From IMG/VR virus record IMGVR_UViG_3300033073_001516, positions 87,747 to 151,746 of that record: DNA of 64,000 nt; one strand, 5' to 3'. The position numbers were made by a program, and so were the translations under genes. How positions within the stretch are numbered: position 1 is the stretch's first letter; every line of letters starts with the position of its first letter. Positions 1 through 10,868 of the stretch are shown here, in pieces. Origin of the DNA: a virus (lineage: Duplodnaviria; Caudoviricetes). The notes under the pieces were generated by a model, which had not been told where the DNA came from, searched no databases, and was given only the letters and a program-made list of their open reading frames with translations.

Positions 1-925
1 GCGAGAGCAAAAAATCAGGACCTGTTATCTTGTCTGAGGCGGCAGTGATGTATATTCTAGCAGCATCATCGGCAAAATTTGCGTCACCTTCACCCAACGA
101 TTCATCAGAGCCTATGCGCTTGTCTATCTCTGGGTTCAGCATCTCCATCAAGACTGTTTTTGTCGTTGATGTTGCTTTTCTTCCTACCACCATATCGATG
201 GCAGGCTTTCCTACCAAAATGTCATTAGTAGACTCGCTTTTATCGAGATCAACCAATCCCGTTCTTCCCCGCTCTTCCCCCAACATTATCAGCGAGTTAT
301 TGGATCCTTGCATGATCAAATCGCCAGGTCTTTTTGTGTACCTAGGGATCGCATCGAATCTATGAACTTGCTTGGCGTATTCAATAAGCTCAATCATTTC
401 TGACGGATTAGTAGTTGGAGACTCTGTCGAGTCCAACTGCTTTGGTGAGCTCGTTTCATTAATTTGAGTCGTTTCTGATTCACGATCTGCGAACTTATCG
501 CTGGTTCTTTTTTTTGTGATCGCAGAGCTTGTCGAAGTCTTGTAAGTTCTTCTATTATACGCGTAATTCACATCTTCGACATGTCTTGGACCGTGAATTC
601 GTGATATCCAATATCCAATTGCTGATCTTCCGGGTGGGTTGTATTCTTCAAACATCACCCATACTTCTTCACCTGGCTTCACCGGCATTGAAAAATGAGA
701 AGAAAAGAAGGGATAGCAGATCACCTCACCCTCGTCGCCTCCGTTAGACTTAGATTCTCCGTTCGATAGAATCTTAACGACTATAGAGTTTCTAGGAAGG
801 TGCTTGAGATTCTCATCACCCGCTACTTTACTAGCGTACTCAGATACGGGTTTTCTAGTGCTTCCTTTTTGGACTGGGTTCGCCAAAACATCAGTCACTA
901 AAGCGCGAACGAAGGCAACTGGCAT
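1..925 (-). CDS. Partial baseplate hub/spike-like (gp5-type) structural protein, runs off the window start
   Basis: ATG at 925 (MPVAFVRALVTDV...). Spot translation shows an open frame with VICYPFF...PVKPGEEVWV and RPGDLIMQGSNNSLIMLG, reminiscent of gp5-like baseplate proteins. Absent from the ORF track, consistent with no stop in the window. Confidence 0.45.
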   Translation of the reverse strand, partial: MPVAFVRALVTDVLANPVQKGSTRKPVSEYASKVAGDENLKHLPRNSIVVKILSNGESKSNGGDEGEVICYPFFSSHFSMPVKPGEEVWVMFEEYNPPGRSAIGYWISRIHGPRHVEDVNYAYNRRTYKTSTSSAITKKRTSDKFADRESETTQINETSSPKQLDSTESPTTNPSEMIELIEYAKQVHRFDAIPRYTKRPGDLIMQGSNNSLIMLGEERGRTGLVDLDKSESTNDILVGKPAIDMVVGRKATSTTKTVLMEMLNPEIDKRIGSDESLGEGDANFADDAARIYITAASDKITGPDFLLS

Positions 926-928
926 TTG

Positions 929-1291
929 CTACTTCTTTATCCTATCGAATATGTCATCTTCTGATATCTGCTCAGTGTTTGTCTCAGAATCAGCGATGAG
1001 CTTGGCCAGATTAAGTAGCTGCTCATTACTTTTTGACATTCTCTCGAGATATTTTGTCAATGTTTGACCCAACGTAGCGTGGTCAGATGATGAACCGCCC
1101 ATATTGGAATAAAGATCGGTGAAAAGGATGTGAGCATTCGTGCGATCAACAATCGCATTCTCGTATATCTCCTTCCACAGGAGCTTTTTCTTTTCTGATG
1201 CGCTCTCTATTGAGTCTAGAATATCAGAAAATTGCTCTACTTTCTTATCGTTGTCCTTCAACTTTTCAAGTATCTTGTCAATTGAACCCAT
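929..1291 (-). CDS. Hypothetical helical protein
   Basis: 120 aa ORF translationally coupled to the sigma-like gene. Confidence 0.7.
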   Translation of the reverse strand: MGSIDKILEKLKDNDKKVEQFSDILDSIESASEKKKLLWKEIYENAIVDRTNAHILFTDLYSNMGGSSSDHATLGQTLTKYLERMSKSNEQLLNLAKLIADSETNTEQISEDDIFDRIKK

Positions 1292-2010
1292 CAGATGAAG
1301 TCTCCATTTTTAGCTATCATCCTGTATTGCTTTCTGATGGATGACATCGCAGAACCGAGCTGCTTCTGATTGAGATTCGAAATATTCTTAACATACACGA
1401 AAACAGCGCGCTTATTCAGGAAATCGAGATCATCTATCTGGGTGAAAACAGTTATGATGGCATCGATGCAAGACTGCTCATGAGGCTGATATAGATTTCT
1501 CTTTATCTTCTTCATCATATCAAGAATTAGCTCTCTTCGACCAGCTTCAATCATCTGCTCTTCTGGATTCGGACCAATTTGGCTGTTGTTGTAATACTCA
1601 GCCTCTCTAGAGTTGCTATCACGAAGATCTTCGATAGATACGAATCTCTTTCCCTTCTTCTGACGATTCTTGGAATAGATGACAAGCCAGTTTCTAGCTA
1701 CAACGTTAAAGTACGAAAATGCTTTGCTGCCGCGAGACGCATCGAATTTATGAAGCGATTCGTATAAGAACGTGACGCAGTCATTCTTGAGATGCTCGAT
1801 TGGTTCATTCGGAGCTGCAAATCCGTAAATGAATATGAGGCTCTCGACTAGCTTGTCGAAAGCCGGCATAATTCTGCCCACATAGATCTTATGCTTATCA
1901 TCTATGCTAGCAGCAGCTTGGAATTCTTCGATCGCTTTCTGCGTTTCAGCGTCGAAATACAGAGTACCCGTTCCGTTGCCCCTCTTAACTATCCGTTTTG
2001 CTGCTGCCAC
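1291..2010 (-). CDS. T4 gp55-like late transcription sigma factor
   Basis: Sigma region-2-like segment DCVTFLYESLHKFDASRGSKAFSYFNVVARN and N-terminal YFD motif; no recognisable canonical region 4. Confidence 0.7.
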   Translation of the reverse strand: MAAAKRIVKRGNGTGTLYFDAETQKAIEEFQAAASIDDKHKIYVGRIMPAFDKLVESLIFIYGFAAPNEPIEHLKNDCVTFLYESLHKFDASRGSKAFSYFNVVARNWLVIYSKNRQKKGKRFVSIEDLRDSNSREAEYYNNSQIGPNPEEQMIEAGRRELILDMMKKIKRNLYQPHEQSCIDAIITVFTQIDDLDFLNKRAVFVYVKNISNLNQKQLGSAMSSIRKQYRMIAKNGDFI

Positions 2011-2299
2011 TCTCTTCCTCTTCTTCTTGGATCGATGTTAGCTGGTTGGCTACGTAAAGTATCGCCTCTCTTGACTTTTTTATATCTTCAACAGCGCGCT
2101 TGATCTCTGGTGAATCATAAAAGAGTGGTACTTTCAGTATCTTAGAAATAGAATTATATCTCTTATCTAAAGCGTCAAGTGATTCTTCGATCGCGTCTTG
2201 AACACGCAACATCGTAACGCCAAGCTTGTAATTGTAATACAATGACGCTATCAATGCTATCGTCTCTATTGTTAGAAACACGATCATGAATATCATCAC
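1985..2299 (-). CDS. Hypothetical membrane-anchored protein
   Basis: N-terminal hydrophobic helix followed by coiled-coil-like sequence. Confidence 0.6.
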   Translation of the reverse strand: MMIFMIVFLTIETIALIASLYYNYKLGVTMLRVQDAIEESLDALDKRYNSISKILKVPLFYDSPEIKRAVEDIKKSREAILYVANQLTSIQEEEEESGSSKTDS

Positions 2300-3459
2300 T
2301 TTAAAATATCTCCGATTGCATTCTCATAAAATTCGTTAATTGCCGAAGGATTGTGAGAATTAATCAAAACTTTAGATAAATCAGAAGCCCATTGTCTTGG
2401 ATTTTCAGGAGAACTCTTAAACTTTCTAACCTTCTTCTTAAAATCAGACTCCCTGACCTCGGCCCATTTCGTTCCAGCAATCCAGATATTATTATCAACT
2501 CTAGTTTGGTGTATCTGAGTCATGTCATATTCTAACTTCACGAACTTTCCCTTACTCATGAAGTCCATATGACCAGATTGCTCAGTTGCAATCACCGGGA
2601 GTCCGCTAGCGGCAGCTTCGAGTATCGGAAGCCCAAATCCCTCCCCTCTAGTCGGAGCAACTAAAGCTTTGACAGTACTGTGACGATAAAGACCTGCGAT
2701 CTCAGAATTAGACATTATACCATGAATGACATGAATCTTTGGAAAAGGACCACGACGAACTTCTTTCAAAGCTCCGCGTATCGCATTCTCAACGCCGTTC
2801 CAGTCGAGCCTAGTCCCTCGTCCAACATTCGTCTTCACGATGATTCCCACATCTGGATCATTCGCGAATTCTTCGCAAAGCCACTTTAGAGCAAAGAAGA
2901 TATTCTTTCTATCATTGAAAGGGTTATTGCCTGTTAACGTCCCGACCAGAAGAAAATTGAACTTGGTCTCAAAATCAGCTTCAAATCTAGAATTTTCGTC
3001 TAACACTTCCGGAATGAAACTTTCTGGTACCACAACGATTGGAGTCGTCACCTCTCCAGTGCTTCGTAGAGTCTTTTCGCAAAAAGTTGACGGTACAACA
3101 ACAAGGTCCATAGCGTTGCAATGCTTTATCCACTCCGGGTTGCATCTGTCTGATTCAACGACAGCTGTCACCCCAACGTTCTTGTGGGCAATTTCAGTAG
3201 ACCATTCATTAGGAAGCTGGATTTGAAATGAAACGTCAAACTTCTCGCTGGGCTCTGAGCTTCGCTTCATAATCTCTCCGATCAATCCTCCCTCGGCTGA
3301 TGGATTGACATGCCAGCTCGTAGCGCCCCATGGGAGTATTTGAACCTTGATTTCATCATTTGGATGCTTTGCCAGCAACCAACGAAATACCTGACGAGCG
3401 TGATTTCCATAACCAGACTCGCTGAGAAGCGGACCTCTTACCAGTATCTTCTTGCTCAT
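2296..3459 (-). CDS. GT-B (GT4-like) glycosyltransferase
   Basis: SGYG N-terminal motif and PTRGEGFGLPILEAAASGLPVI; start moved to MSKKILV. Confidence 0.9.
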   Translation of the reverse strand: MSKKILVRGPLLSESGYGNHARQVFRWLLAKHPNDEIKVQILPWGATSWHVNPSAEGGLIGEIMKRSSEPSEKFDVSFQIQLPNEWSTEIAHKNVGVTAVVESDRCNPEWIKHCNAMDLVVVPSTFCEKTLRSTGEVTTPIVVVPESFIPEVLDENSRFEADFETKFNFLLVGTLTGNNPFNDRKNIFFALKWLCEEFANDPDVGIIVKTNVGRGTRLDWNGVENAIRGALKEVRRGPFPKIHVIHGIMSNSEIAGLYRHSTVKALVAPTRGEGFGLPILEAAASGLPVIATEQSGHMDFMSKGKFVKLEYDMTQIHQTRVDNNIWIAGTKWAEVRESDFKKKVRKFKSSPENPRQWASDLSKVLINSHNPSAINEFYENAIGDILK

Positions 3460-4697
3460 AGCGTCACCTTCTTCCAGGTATTGTATCGCGTCTTCCAATT
3501 TTCTATCGTCTCTTTCAAAGTTTCATCCCAACGATTTATCACATTATCGTAGGAAAACTCTTCCTGTACATAACGCCTTGCCTTCTCGCCCAATGCCTTT
3601 CTCTCGTCAGGGGAAAGCCTGTAGAGCTTCTCTATTGCCTTGGCGGTGCTTTCATTTGAAACGTAATCTTCGTAAATGTAGGGCACGACCTGAGAGCCAA
3701 CGAGAGTTTGACTTTCAATCGGAAGAGCAACACCGTTCTCAGATCCATCGCGATGATCGATCACTTGACGTGTAAGACCACCTGTCGTTGCAGCGATAAT
3801 CGGACGACCGCACTGCATAGCCTCTAGAGTTGCAAGACCGAAGCCCTCTGCGTACGAAATATTGATGCACGCGTCAGAGATATTGTGAAGAACATTCATC
3901 TTCTCAAAGTCAATACGATCAGTCGAGAAAATTACGCTGTCTTGAACGCCGAAGAGCTTAACCACCTCATGCAAATTTGGACCTTCCTGATCTAGAGGAT
4001 CGGTGTGCATGATAAGAGTCGCGTCTCGCTTTCCCTCTTTGTTGATCTTCTTAACGAAGATCGACCAAGCCTCGATCACATCGCTAGGACGCTTTCGACG
4101 AGCATTTCGATTAACCCAGAAAAGAACAAAATTGTCCTTCTTACTTGGGCCTAAAATCTCAACCTTTCTAGCGAGCCTCTGCTCATCAGTCAGAGGATAG
4201 AAAATCTCTGGAGGTAGAGCGTGAGGTATGAAGTTTGTCTTCTCGGGAAAATCCTGCTTGCAGATCTCATACGTGAGATACGAGTGGCAGTTGATCAGAT
4301 CCGTAGAATCATAAAATGGAGCGTTGAAGGTCGGCTTTGGCCAGTTATCCCAGACATGCCACCACGCGATCGGGCAGACCTGGTGGATTTCATCCTCCAT
4401 CTCAAATAGCCATACGAAAAATCTAGGGTCAGTGAATATGAGAATAAGATCTGGCTTCTCGGTTGCTAAAGTGACTCTTAGCATCTCCTTTGTACCGAAA
4501 CCGTCAATAGGCTTGATGATGAAATCATCATTCACAACGATGGTTCGATAATCAGAGTGCTTGATAGCAGCTCCGAATTGCCTAAATGTCCATCCACCTT
4601 TCTTCAGTAGACCATTCACCAAGTGTCTTGTTTGCGTTCCGACTCCAGAGGTCGACAGCGCGTGATCAGACAGGATTAGAACTTTTTTCTTCTGCAA
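3456..4697 (-). CDS. GT-B (GT4-like) glycosyltransferase
   Basis: NRNARRKR and SYAEGFGLATLEAMQCGRPII motifs. Confidence 0.9.
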   Translation of the reverse strand: MQKKKVLILSDHALSTSGVGTQTRHLVNGLLKKGGWTFRQFGAAIKHSDYRTIVVNDDFIIKPIDGFGTKEMLRVTLATEKPDLILIFTDPRFFVWLFEMEDEIHQVCPIAWWHVWDNWPKPTFNAPFYDSTDLINCHSYLTYEICKQDFPEKTNFIPHALPPEIFYPLTDEQRLARKVEILGPSKKDNFVLFWVNRNARRKRPSDVIEAWSIFVKKINKEGKRDATLIMHTDPLDQEGPNLHEVVKLFGVQDSVIFSTDRIDFEKMNVLHNISDACINISYAEGFGLATLEAMQCGRPIIAATTGGLTRQVIDHRDGSENGVALPIESQTLVGSQVVPYIYEDYVSNESTAKAIEKLYRLSPDERKALGEKARRYVQEEFSYDNVINRWDETLKETIENWKTRYNTWKKVTL

Positions 4698-4745
4698 GAA
4701 ATTTTCCTCTTTCGAAAAATTAAGAAGAGAGAACCATAAGTAAAT

Positions 4746-5540
4746 CTAAGTGCAGTGCTCTGTGTTGAGGTAAGGGCAGTACTGACAAGACTGTCGGTTC
4801 TTAATCTTAGTCCCCTTTCTCATGCCTGCGATCGTATTAGAAACAAGCTTATTGGCTTTCTGCATCGCAACCGGTCCAACAGAAACTGTGAAAAGCTCAA
4901 CTCTCTTTCCAGCTTTAGCTCCCTTCTTAAGAAGCACGTAGCCGCATTTAACGTATCGAGCTCCATCAAAAAGTTCCTTATGCTTGTTCATAAGATACGA
5001 CTTGTATAGAGCAACCTGAGCTAGAGTCAGAGGATCCTGCTTCTTCTCGATTCGCCAACCACCAGCTCCCGCAGTCTTCCAGTCGAGCACCCAAATATCA
5101 TATCCACCCTTCTCTCGTGGTACTTTAATGATGCAGTCTACGAATCCCTTAAAGTAAGCATCACGATCTTCAATCGATTCGTAGAGTGCTTCCTCTGCAG
5201 CCACTGTCTCCCAACCAGGAAATTCAGAGTCAAGCCATCCGGGAACTTCCTCCAGAGCATCTTTCGCCCATGTCGCCCACTTCTCAACTTCTGGGAAACC
5301 CTTGGAATCCCATGCTGAAACGATGTCCATGAGACATCTGTCAACGTCCATCACTCGAGTCTTAAGATACCCTTCGCAAGCTGCGTGAACTGAAGTTCCA
5401 AAATCCAGATGCTCGCTTGGCTTATCAAGATTGATCTTCTTGATCTGCTGGAGATAGTGCCTGAATGGACATTCGTTCCAGCTTCTTACCTCAGAGTAAG
5501 AAACGTGAGCTTTTCCTGTTGGAAGAAGATTATCAGACAA
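4746..5540 (-). CDS. PD-(D/E)XK Cas4/RecB-like exonuclease
   Basis: SYS..ECP, FGTSVH, KGFVD, LDWKT, QxxxY and C-terminal CQYCPY...C cysteines; TTG start after AGGAGG. Confidence 0.85.
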   Translation of the reverse strand: MSDNLLPTGKAHVSYSEVRSWNECPFRHYLQQIKKINLDKPSEHLDFGTSVHAACEGYLKTRVMDVDRCLMDIVSAWDSKGFPEVEKWATWAKDALEEVPGWLDSEFPGWETVAAEEALYESIEDRDAYFKGFVDCIIKVPREKGGYDIWVLDWKTAGAGGWRIEKKQDPLTLAQVALYKSYLMNKHKELFDGARYVKCGYVLLKKGAKAGKRVELFTVSVGPVAMQKANKLVSNTIAGMRKGTKIKNRQSCQYCPYLNTEHCT

Positions 5541-6630
5541 GTTCCCTCCTGGACTTCTGCAGAGCAGATCCAACTACTTGATGCATATCATAATACTTGT
5601 ACTCAGCCAATCGACCTCCGAACAGAACATTAGACTCTAGATCGGCAACTTCTTTGTACTTTCGATAAATGTCAGTGTTCTTTTCATCACCGATCGGATA
5701 ATACGGAGTCGCGCTACGATCCCAAGCAATCGGATACTCCTTGGTGTAGATCGTGCTCTTCAACTTATCCAGCCGCTCTGGTGTGAAATGCTTATGCTCA
5801 GTGATACGAGTGTAAGGAACTGAGGCATCACCGTAATTTACGATCGCATTTCCCTGAAAGTCTCCGTCTCGCTTCTCTTCTTCAAACCGAAGAGAGCGAT
5901 ACTCCAGATCGCCGAACTTGTAATCGAAAAACTCATCGATCTTTCCAGTGTATACGACTCTCTTCGCCATCGAATTCCACTTCTCACGATTGCTGAAGTA
6001 GTTTTCACCAAGAGCGACCTCACAGCCTTGCAACATGTTGTTGAAGATGTTCGTGTATCCCTCTTTTGGAATTCCCTGGTATGTATCGTTGAAGTAGTTA
6101 TCGTCAAATGTCAACCTGATAGGAAGACGCTTGATGATTGAAGCTGGCAGATCTTTTGGATCACGCATCCATTGCTTCATCGTGTAACCGCGGATGAAGA
6201 TATCGTAAATCTCGGGACCGACCTGAGAGAGGATCCAATCCTCTAGATTAGCAGGATTCTCGCAAGGAATACGAACAGCCTCAAGCTCTCTCATCGCTTC
6301 ATCAGGAGTGTTAACACCCCACACCTGATGCAGGGTCATCAAGTTGATCGGGAACGAGTACATCCTATTTCTATACTTGACCTTGGGACGAAGTACGAAA
6401 TTATTGAACTCAGTGAACTGATTCATAAACTTCCAAATTCTGTCATCGGAAGTATGAAAGATGTGCGGACCGTACTTATGAACGTCGATTCCGTCACGAC
6501 GCTCACTGTAGCAGTTTCCGCCTATATGCTCTCTTCTATCGATTAGAAGAACGCTCTTGCCCTTGCTTCGAGCTTCATGGGCGAAGACACTACCGAAAAG
6601 ACCGGCACCAATAATGAGATAGTCGTACAT
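5533..6630 (-). CDS. glf: UDP-galactopyranose mutase
   Basis: IIGAGLFG, HIGGNCY, HKYGPHIFHT, PYYP, GRLAEYKYYDMHQ. Confidence 0.97.
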   Translation of the reverse strand: MYDYLIIGAGLFGSVFAHEARSKGKSVLLIDRREHIGGNCYSERRDGIDVHKYGPHIFHTSDDRIWKFMNQFTEFNNFVLRPKVKYRNRMYSFPINLMTLHQVWGVNTPDEAMRELEAVRIPCENPANLEDWILSQVGPEIYDIFIRGYTMKQWMRDPKDLPASIIKRLPIRLTFDDNYFNDTYQGIPKEGYTNIFNNMLQGCEVALGENYFSNREKWNSMAKRVVYTGKIDEFFDYKFGDLEYRSLRFEEEKRDGDFQGNAIVNYGDASVPYTRITEHKHFTPERLDKLKSTIYTKEYPIAWDRSATPYYPIGDEKNTDIYRKYKEVADLESNVLFGGRLAEYKYYDMHQVVGSALQKSRRELV

Positions 6631-6671
6631 GGCTTATATTAAACCACGTACGACTACTTTTCAATTTAATT

Positions 6672-7556
6672 CTACTTGAAGCTGTTTAGATAATCTTCAA
6701 GCTTTACTCTTGGTTCCCAACCTAGCTCATTGAGAGCTCGATTGTTATTCGCCAATGTTTCACGAGTTTCTCCGACTCTCTCTGCAACGTGAACTGATTC
6801 GCCTTCAATCATTCTTGCAAGATCATTGATAGAATAATTTCGACCAGTTCCGATGTTGACAGGACCGACCACCCATGGCTTCTCAGCAGCGATCAGATTA
6901 GCTCTAACTGCATCGGTGATGTGTGTGAAATCCCTTCTCTGATTTCCATCACCCACGATTGTCATCGGCTCACCAGCCGCTTTTTGACGCATGAATAGAC
7001 CCATAACTGGTGCGTACTCACCCTTCAAGGGCTCGCGAGGACCGTAGACGTTGAAGTAGCGAAGAGAAACTGTGGAGAGACCATACAGCTTGGTGTACAG
7101 CTCACAAATCTCCTCACCCTGCCACTTGGAAAGAGAGTAGGGAGTTGCGCATCCCTTCGGAGCGCTTTCAATAAAAGGTGGTTTGGAAGCGTGACCGTAG
7201 TAAGAGGAAGATGCTGAGTACACAACTCTCTTGACACCTGCCAGCCTGCTTGCCTCAAGAACCTCCTGTGTTCCCAGAACGTTGACAGAGAAGCACTCGG
7301 ACGGGCTGTTCACAGTCGGCTGGATTCTGGAACGAGCTGCAAGATGAAATACGTAATCAACGCCCTGATAGAGCTTTCGAAACTCAGTGCTTCTAATGTC
7401 ACCCACGAAATTACTCGCGTTGTCATTCCAATAGAAAGCATTGTTCTGAGGAGCCGACTTGTCATCGATACAGATAACCTCATCTCCTCGATCGATCAAC
7501 GCATCAACGATATGTGAGCCGATGAAACCAGCTCCACCCGTCACTAAACATCTCAT
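6672..7556 (-). CDS. NAD-dependent nucleotide-sugar epimerase/dehydratase (extended SDR)
   Basis: VTGGAGFIGSH, YSLSK, LRYFNVYGP, RDFTH. Confidence 0.93.
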   Translation of the reverse strand: MRCLVTGGAGFIGSHIVDALIDRGDEVICIDDKSAPQNNAFYWNDNASNFVGDIRSTEFRKLYQGVDYVFHLAARSRIQPTVNSPSECFSVNVLGTQEVLEASRLAGVKRVVYSASSSYYGHASKPPFIESAPKGCATPYSLSKWQGEEICELYTKLYGLSTVSLRYFNVYGPREPLKGEYAPVMGLFMRQKAAGEPMTIVGDGNQRRDFTHITDAVRANLIAAEKPWVVGPVNIGTGRNYSINDLARMIEGESVHVAERVGETRETLANNNRALNELGWEPRVKLEDYLNSFK

Positions 7557-8527
7557 TACTGCTTCCTCTTGCTAACAGCGCGCCCGAGCTGCTTCTCCCA
7601 ATCCCTGTCGTCAGGACCACGAATCTCAAGATTCTTAGCCCAAGCTGCTTGCATCACGATCGGCTTAACATCGTAATGACGAGCGACGCTCATCAACGCG
7701 TTGATATCCTTTGGGAAGCAGTGACCGCCGAATCCACGTACGTAACGACCATCGTGAGTTGGAACTGGACCTGGCACCGACCAGTGAGAATCGCCGAGAC
7801 GACGATCAAACTTAGCATACTCAACGACCTTATCGTAGTCAATATTCAGACCATCATTGTCAAGAGCCTCGCAAATCTGCGCAATTTCGTTAGCAAACGA
7901 CACCTTAACTGCCAGCATGCAATTAGTCACGTACTTAACCATCTCGGCAGTCGTAGAACTAGTCTTGACAATTGGAACCTTTGGGAAAGCGCGCTGGAAT
8001 ACGTTCTTCACAGTGTTGATATGCGGGCGTGGTCCGCCAAGAACGATGCGATTTTGCTCTCGCATATCATTCACAGCATTCGCTTCAGTTAGAAACTCTG
8101 GATTGAAGACGACATGAAGACCCTTGTCATTGAACTTCTTATTCCAGATCTCGGTCGAACCGGGAGGAACCGTAGACTTTACCACGGCAACTCTTTCGGG
8201 AGAATCAGACGTGTAAGAAGTGTTAGCGATCTCCGCCAAAACTCCCTCAACGATCGAAGTGTCCGCAGCACCGTCCTCGTACATTGGAGTCGGTACACAA
8301 ACAAAAAATACTCCGGAAAAACCAGGCGTTCCCTCGCACTCTGTTACAAACTCTGCCACAGATCCCGGATAGATGATTTCATTTGAGTTATTATTTCGGA
8401 AGCCGTTCACTCCACCGCTAGCTAGCTTTCCAGCCTTGTCGTACACAAAAACATTCTCTCCTCGCTCAGAGAATACAGTTGTTAGGCTACCACCTACGAA
8501 ACCTTGACCAATAACACCAATGCTCAT
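7556..8527 (-). CDS. UDP-glucose/GDP-mannose dehydrogenase family protein (short form)
   Basis: IGQGFVG, CVPTP, KSTVPPG, NPEFL, GFGGHCFPKD; ends before the usual C-terminal domain. Confidence 0.92.
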   Translation of the reverse strand: MSIGVIGQGFVGGSLTTVFSERGENVFVYDKAGKLASGGVNGFRNNNSNEIIYPGSVAEFVTECEGTPGFSGVFFVCVPTPMYEDGAADTSIVEGVLAEIANTSYTSDSPERVAVVKSTVPPGSTEIWNKKFNDKGLHVVFNPEFLTEANAVNDMREQNRIVLGGPRPHINTVKNVFQRAFPKVPIVKTSSTTAEMVKYVTNCMLAVKVSFANEIAQICEALDNDGLNIDYDKVVEYAKFDRRLGDSHWSVPGPVPTHDGRYVRGFGGHCFPKDINALMSVARHYDVKPIVMQAAWAKNLEIRGPDDRDWEKQLGRAVSKRKQ

Positions 8528-8560
8528 TTTCTCTCCTTGATTGATTATCACATAAGAGAA

Positions 8561-8977
8561 TTACGTTTTCAAATCTAAAATTGAATTTGCGATCTTTTTC
8601 TTAAGATCAGTAAGGCTGTAATCGTGATCTCTGTTGCAGAAATAGACTGACTTGCCGAGCTCATCACCGGTGAATCTCTTACCGACGTAGTCTGAACCTA
8701 GTATTCTGACGTCAAAATCTACTTTGGCTAGCAATCTACGAAGGTCTTCCTCGGTGTTGTAATACACGACATCATCAACATACTTCAGGGAACGAAGTAT
8801 CTCAGCTCTTTCTTCCCATGATTGAACGGGCTTGCACTTGCTAGGTCTATCGACAGTGGGATCATCCTGCAGCGCTACAATCAAATTTTCGCAAATTGCC
8901 TTCGACTCCCGGAACATTCGAATGTAACCAGGATGTATTAGGTCAAACGACCCTGCGATTAGACCCGATTTATACAA
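8561..8977 (-). CDS. Cytidylyltransferase (TagD-like)
   Basis: [10 protein letters not shown] (HxGH variant), LGSDY, R..YS. Confidence 0.85.
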   Translation of the reverse strand: MYKSGLIAGSFDLIHPGYIRMFRESKAICENLIVALQDDPTVDRPSKCKPVQSWEERAEILRSLKYVDDVVYYNTEEDLRRLLAKVDFDVRILGSDYVGKRFTGDELGKSVYFCNRDHDYSLTDLKKKIANSILDLKT

Positions 8978-9942
8978 GATGTCTCCAATTGTCTGTAATC
9001 CTCTTCATACATGAGCCGGGCTAATTGCTTGAATGTAGTTTTCGGCTCCCAGCCCAATCTCTCTCTTGCTTTAGAGAAATCTCCCTCGAGCCACGGAACT
9101 TCATGTGGTCTCTTAAGACGATCGTCTATTACAAGATACCTGTCGACGTCAAGGTCAGCGATCTGGAAAACCTCATCTAGAAATTCTCTCACCGTGTGAG
9201 TCTCGCCTGTTGCAATGACGTAATCGTCTGGCTTATCCTGCTGCAGCATCAACCACATAGCTTCTACGTAATCCTTCGCGTAGCCCCAGTCACGAAGCGC
9301 ATCGAGATTACCAAGTGAAATCTTGTCCTGCAGTCCAAGTTTGATTCTTGCTGCTGCGAGCGTAATTTTGCGAGTAACGAATGTCTCACCGCGTCTGGGG
9401 CTCTCATGGTTGAAGAGGATACCTGAGGATGCGTGGATCCCGTAACCTTCGCGATAATTTCGGGTGAGACCGTGAGCAAACACTTTTGCGCAGGCGTAAG
9501 GAGAAGCGGGCATGAGACGGGTTTCCTCATTCTGGGGATGCTCCGGGTTATCACCGTACATCTCAGATGAAGAAGCTTGATAGAATCTACAGTCAGGCTG
9601 CATTGTTCGAATACATTCAAGCAGACGAAGAGGTCCCATCGCGACGGCGTCGACCGTCTCCTCTGGAACTTCGAATGAGACTCTTACATGTGATTGAGCT
9701 GCCAGGTTATAGACTTCATCGAACTTTTGATTCGCGAATAAACGATAGAATGCTCCAGCATCATTCATAGAGCCGTAAACAAGCTGAAAATTAGGATGGG
9801 TAAGAAGATGGTCGATTCTGTCAGTCGCGAGAAGAGAAGTTCGCCTCTTCATTCCAACAACTTTGTATCCCTTTTCAAGCAAAAGCTCAATGAGATACGA
9901 TCCATCTTGACCCGTGCATCCGGTCACAAGAGCTGTCTTCAT
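8959..9942 (-). CDS. gmd: GDP-mannose 4,6-dehydratase
   Basis: [47 protein letters not shown]. Confidence 0.97.
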   Translation of the reverse strand: MKTALVTGCTGQDGSYLIELLLEKGYKVVGMKRRTSLLATDRIDHLLTHPNFQLVYGSMNDAGAFYRLFANQKFDEVYNLAAQSHVRVSFEVPEETVDAVAMGPLRLLECIRTMQPDCRFYQASSSEMYGDNPEHPQNEETRLMPASPYACAKVFAHGLTRNYREGYGIHASSGILFNHESPRRGETFVTRKITLAAARIKLGLQDKISLGNLDALRDWGYAKDYVEAMWLMLQQDKPDDYVIATGETHTVREFLDEVFQIADLDVDRYLVIDDRLKRPHEVPWLEGDFSKARERLGWEPKTTFKQLARLMYEEDYRQLETSCINRV

Positions 9943-10868
9943 TTCTTAATCTTAACTCCTCGAACGTCTGGGTATCTGTCCGTGAACGACTTTATTGTCT
10001 CTCGTAGACCCTCACGAAGAGGAGTATACTCTCCGCTCCAACCAAGGGATATAAGCTTCTGGTTGGAAGATGGCTTCTCGTATTGACCGTCTGGTTTTGA
10101 CGTATCAAATCTCACGTATCCTTTATAGCCTATTTCTTCTCCGATCATTCGAGCGAGGTGCTCGATAGAGACCCAGTCGGGATTACCGATATTGACAGGC
10201 TCATTGCCATCATAATTCTCAGAAAGCCAAAGAATGATTCTTGCAGCGTCTCTAGCAAATGTGAACTCTCGAATAGGTCTACCAGTCCCCCAGATGATGA
10301 CCTCATCTCTTCCTTCGATCTTCGCTTCGTGAAATTTCCTAATGAGAGACGGAACAACGTGCCCGCTGTTCAGATCGTAGTTGTCGTTCGGACCATAGAG
10401 ATTGTTTGGGATGACCGAGATGAAATTACATCCGAACTGCTGACGATAAGCACGACTCTGAACCTCGAGCATCCTCTTAGCATAAGCATAACCGAAGTTA
10501 GAATGGTGAGGAGGACCCATATGGAGTTGATCCTCCGTGAGAGGATAATTCACGTAAGCTGCATCTGGATAGATGCAAGTTGATAGAACTGATACAAGCT
10601 TTAAATTGTCATGCTTGCAAGCTTCAAGAATGTTCATATTCATTCGAACATTATCATCAAAGAAGTCTGCAACATAGTCGGTATTTGCTTTCACACCACC
10701 AACTCTTGCAGCGCAGTGTATGACAGTGCTGAATTTACCATTCGGACAGAGTCTTAGTTGGAAGCTATTAGTAAGATCACAATCTGTCGATGACATCCCG
10801 ATAGAATCGGGAGACAGTTTCATGATCTCGCTTCCAAGTAGACCGGTTGAACCAGTGATCAGCTTCAT
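9939..10868 (-). CDS. fcl: GDP-L-fucose synthase
   Basis: [39 protein letters not shown]; adjacent to gmd. Confidence 0.93.
   Translation of the reverse strand: MKLITGSTGLLGSEIMKLSPDSIGMSSTDCDLTNSFQLRLCPNGKFSTVIHCAARVGGVKANTDYVADFFDDNVRMNMNILEACKHDNLKLVSVLSTCIYPDAAYVNYPLTEDQLHMGPPHHSNFGYAYAKRMLEVQSRAYRQQFGCNFISVIPNNLYGPNDNYDLNSGHVVPSLIRKFHEAKIEGRDEVIIWGTGRPIREFTFARDAARIILWLSENYDGNEPVNIGNPDWVSIEHLARMIGEEIGYKGYVRFDTSKPDGQYEKPSSNQKLISLGWSGEYTPLREGLRETIKSFTDRYPDVRGVKIKK

Noticed and set aside
4746-5540. CRISPR-Cas locus
   Set aside because: Solo Cas4-like nuclease; no repeat-spacer array or other cas genes seen in the window
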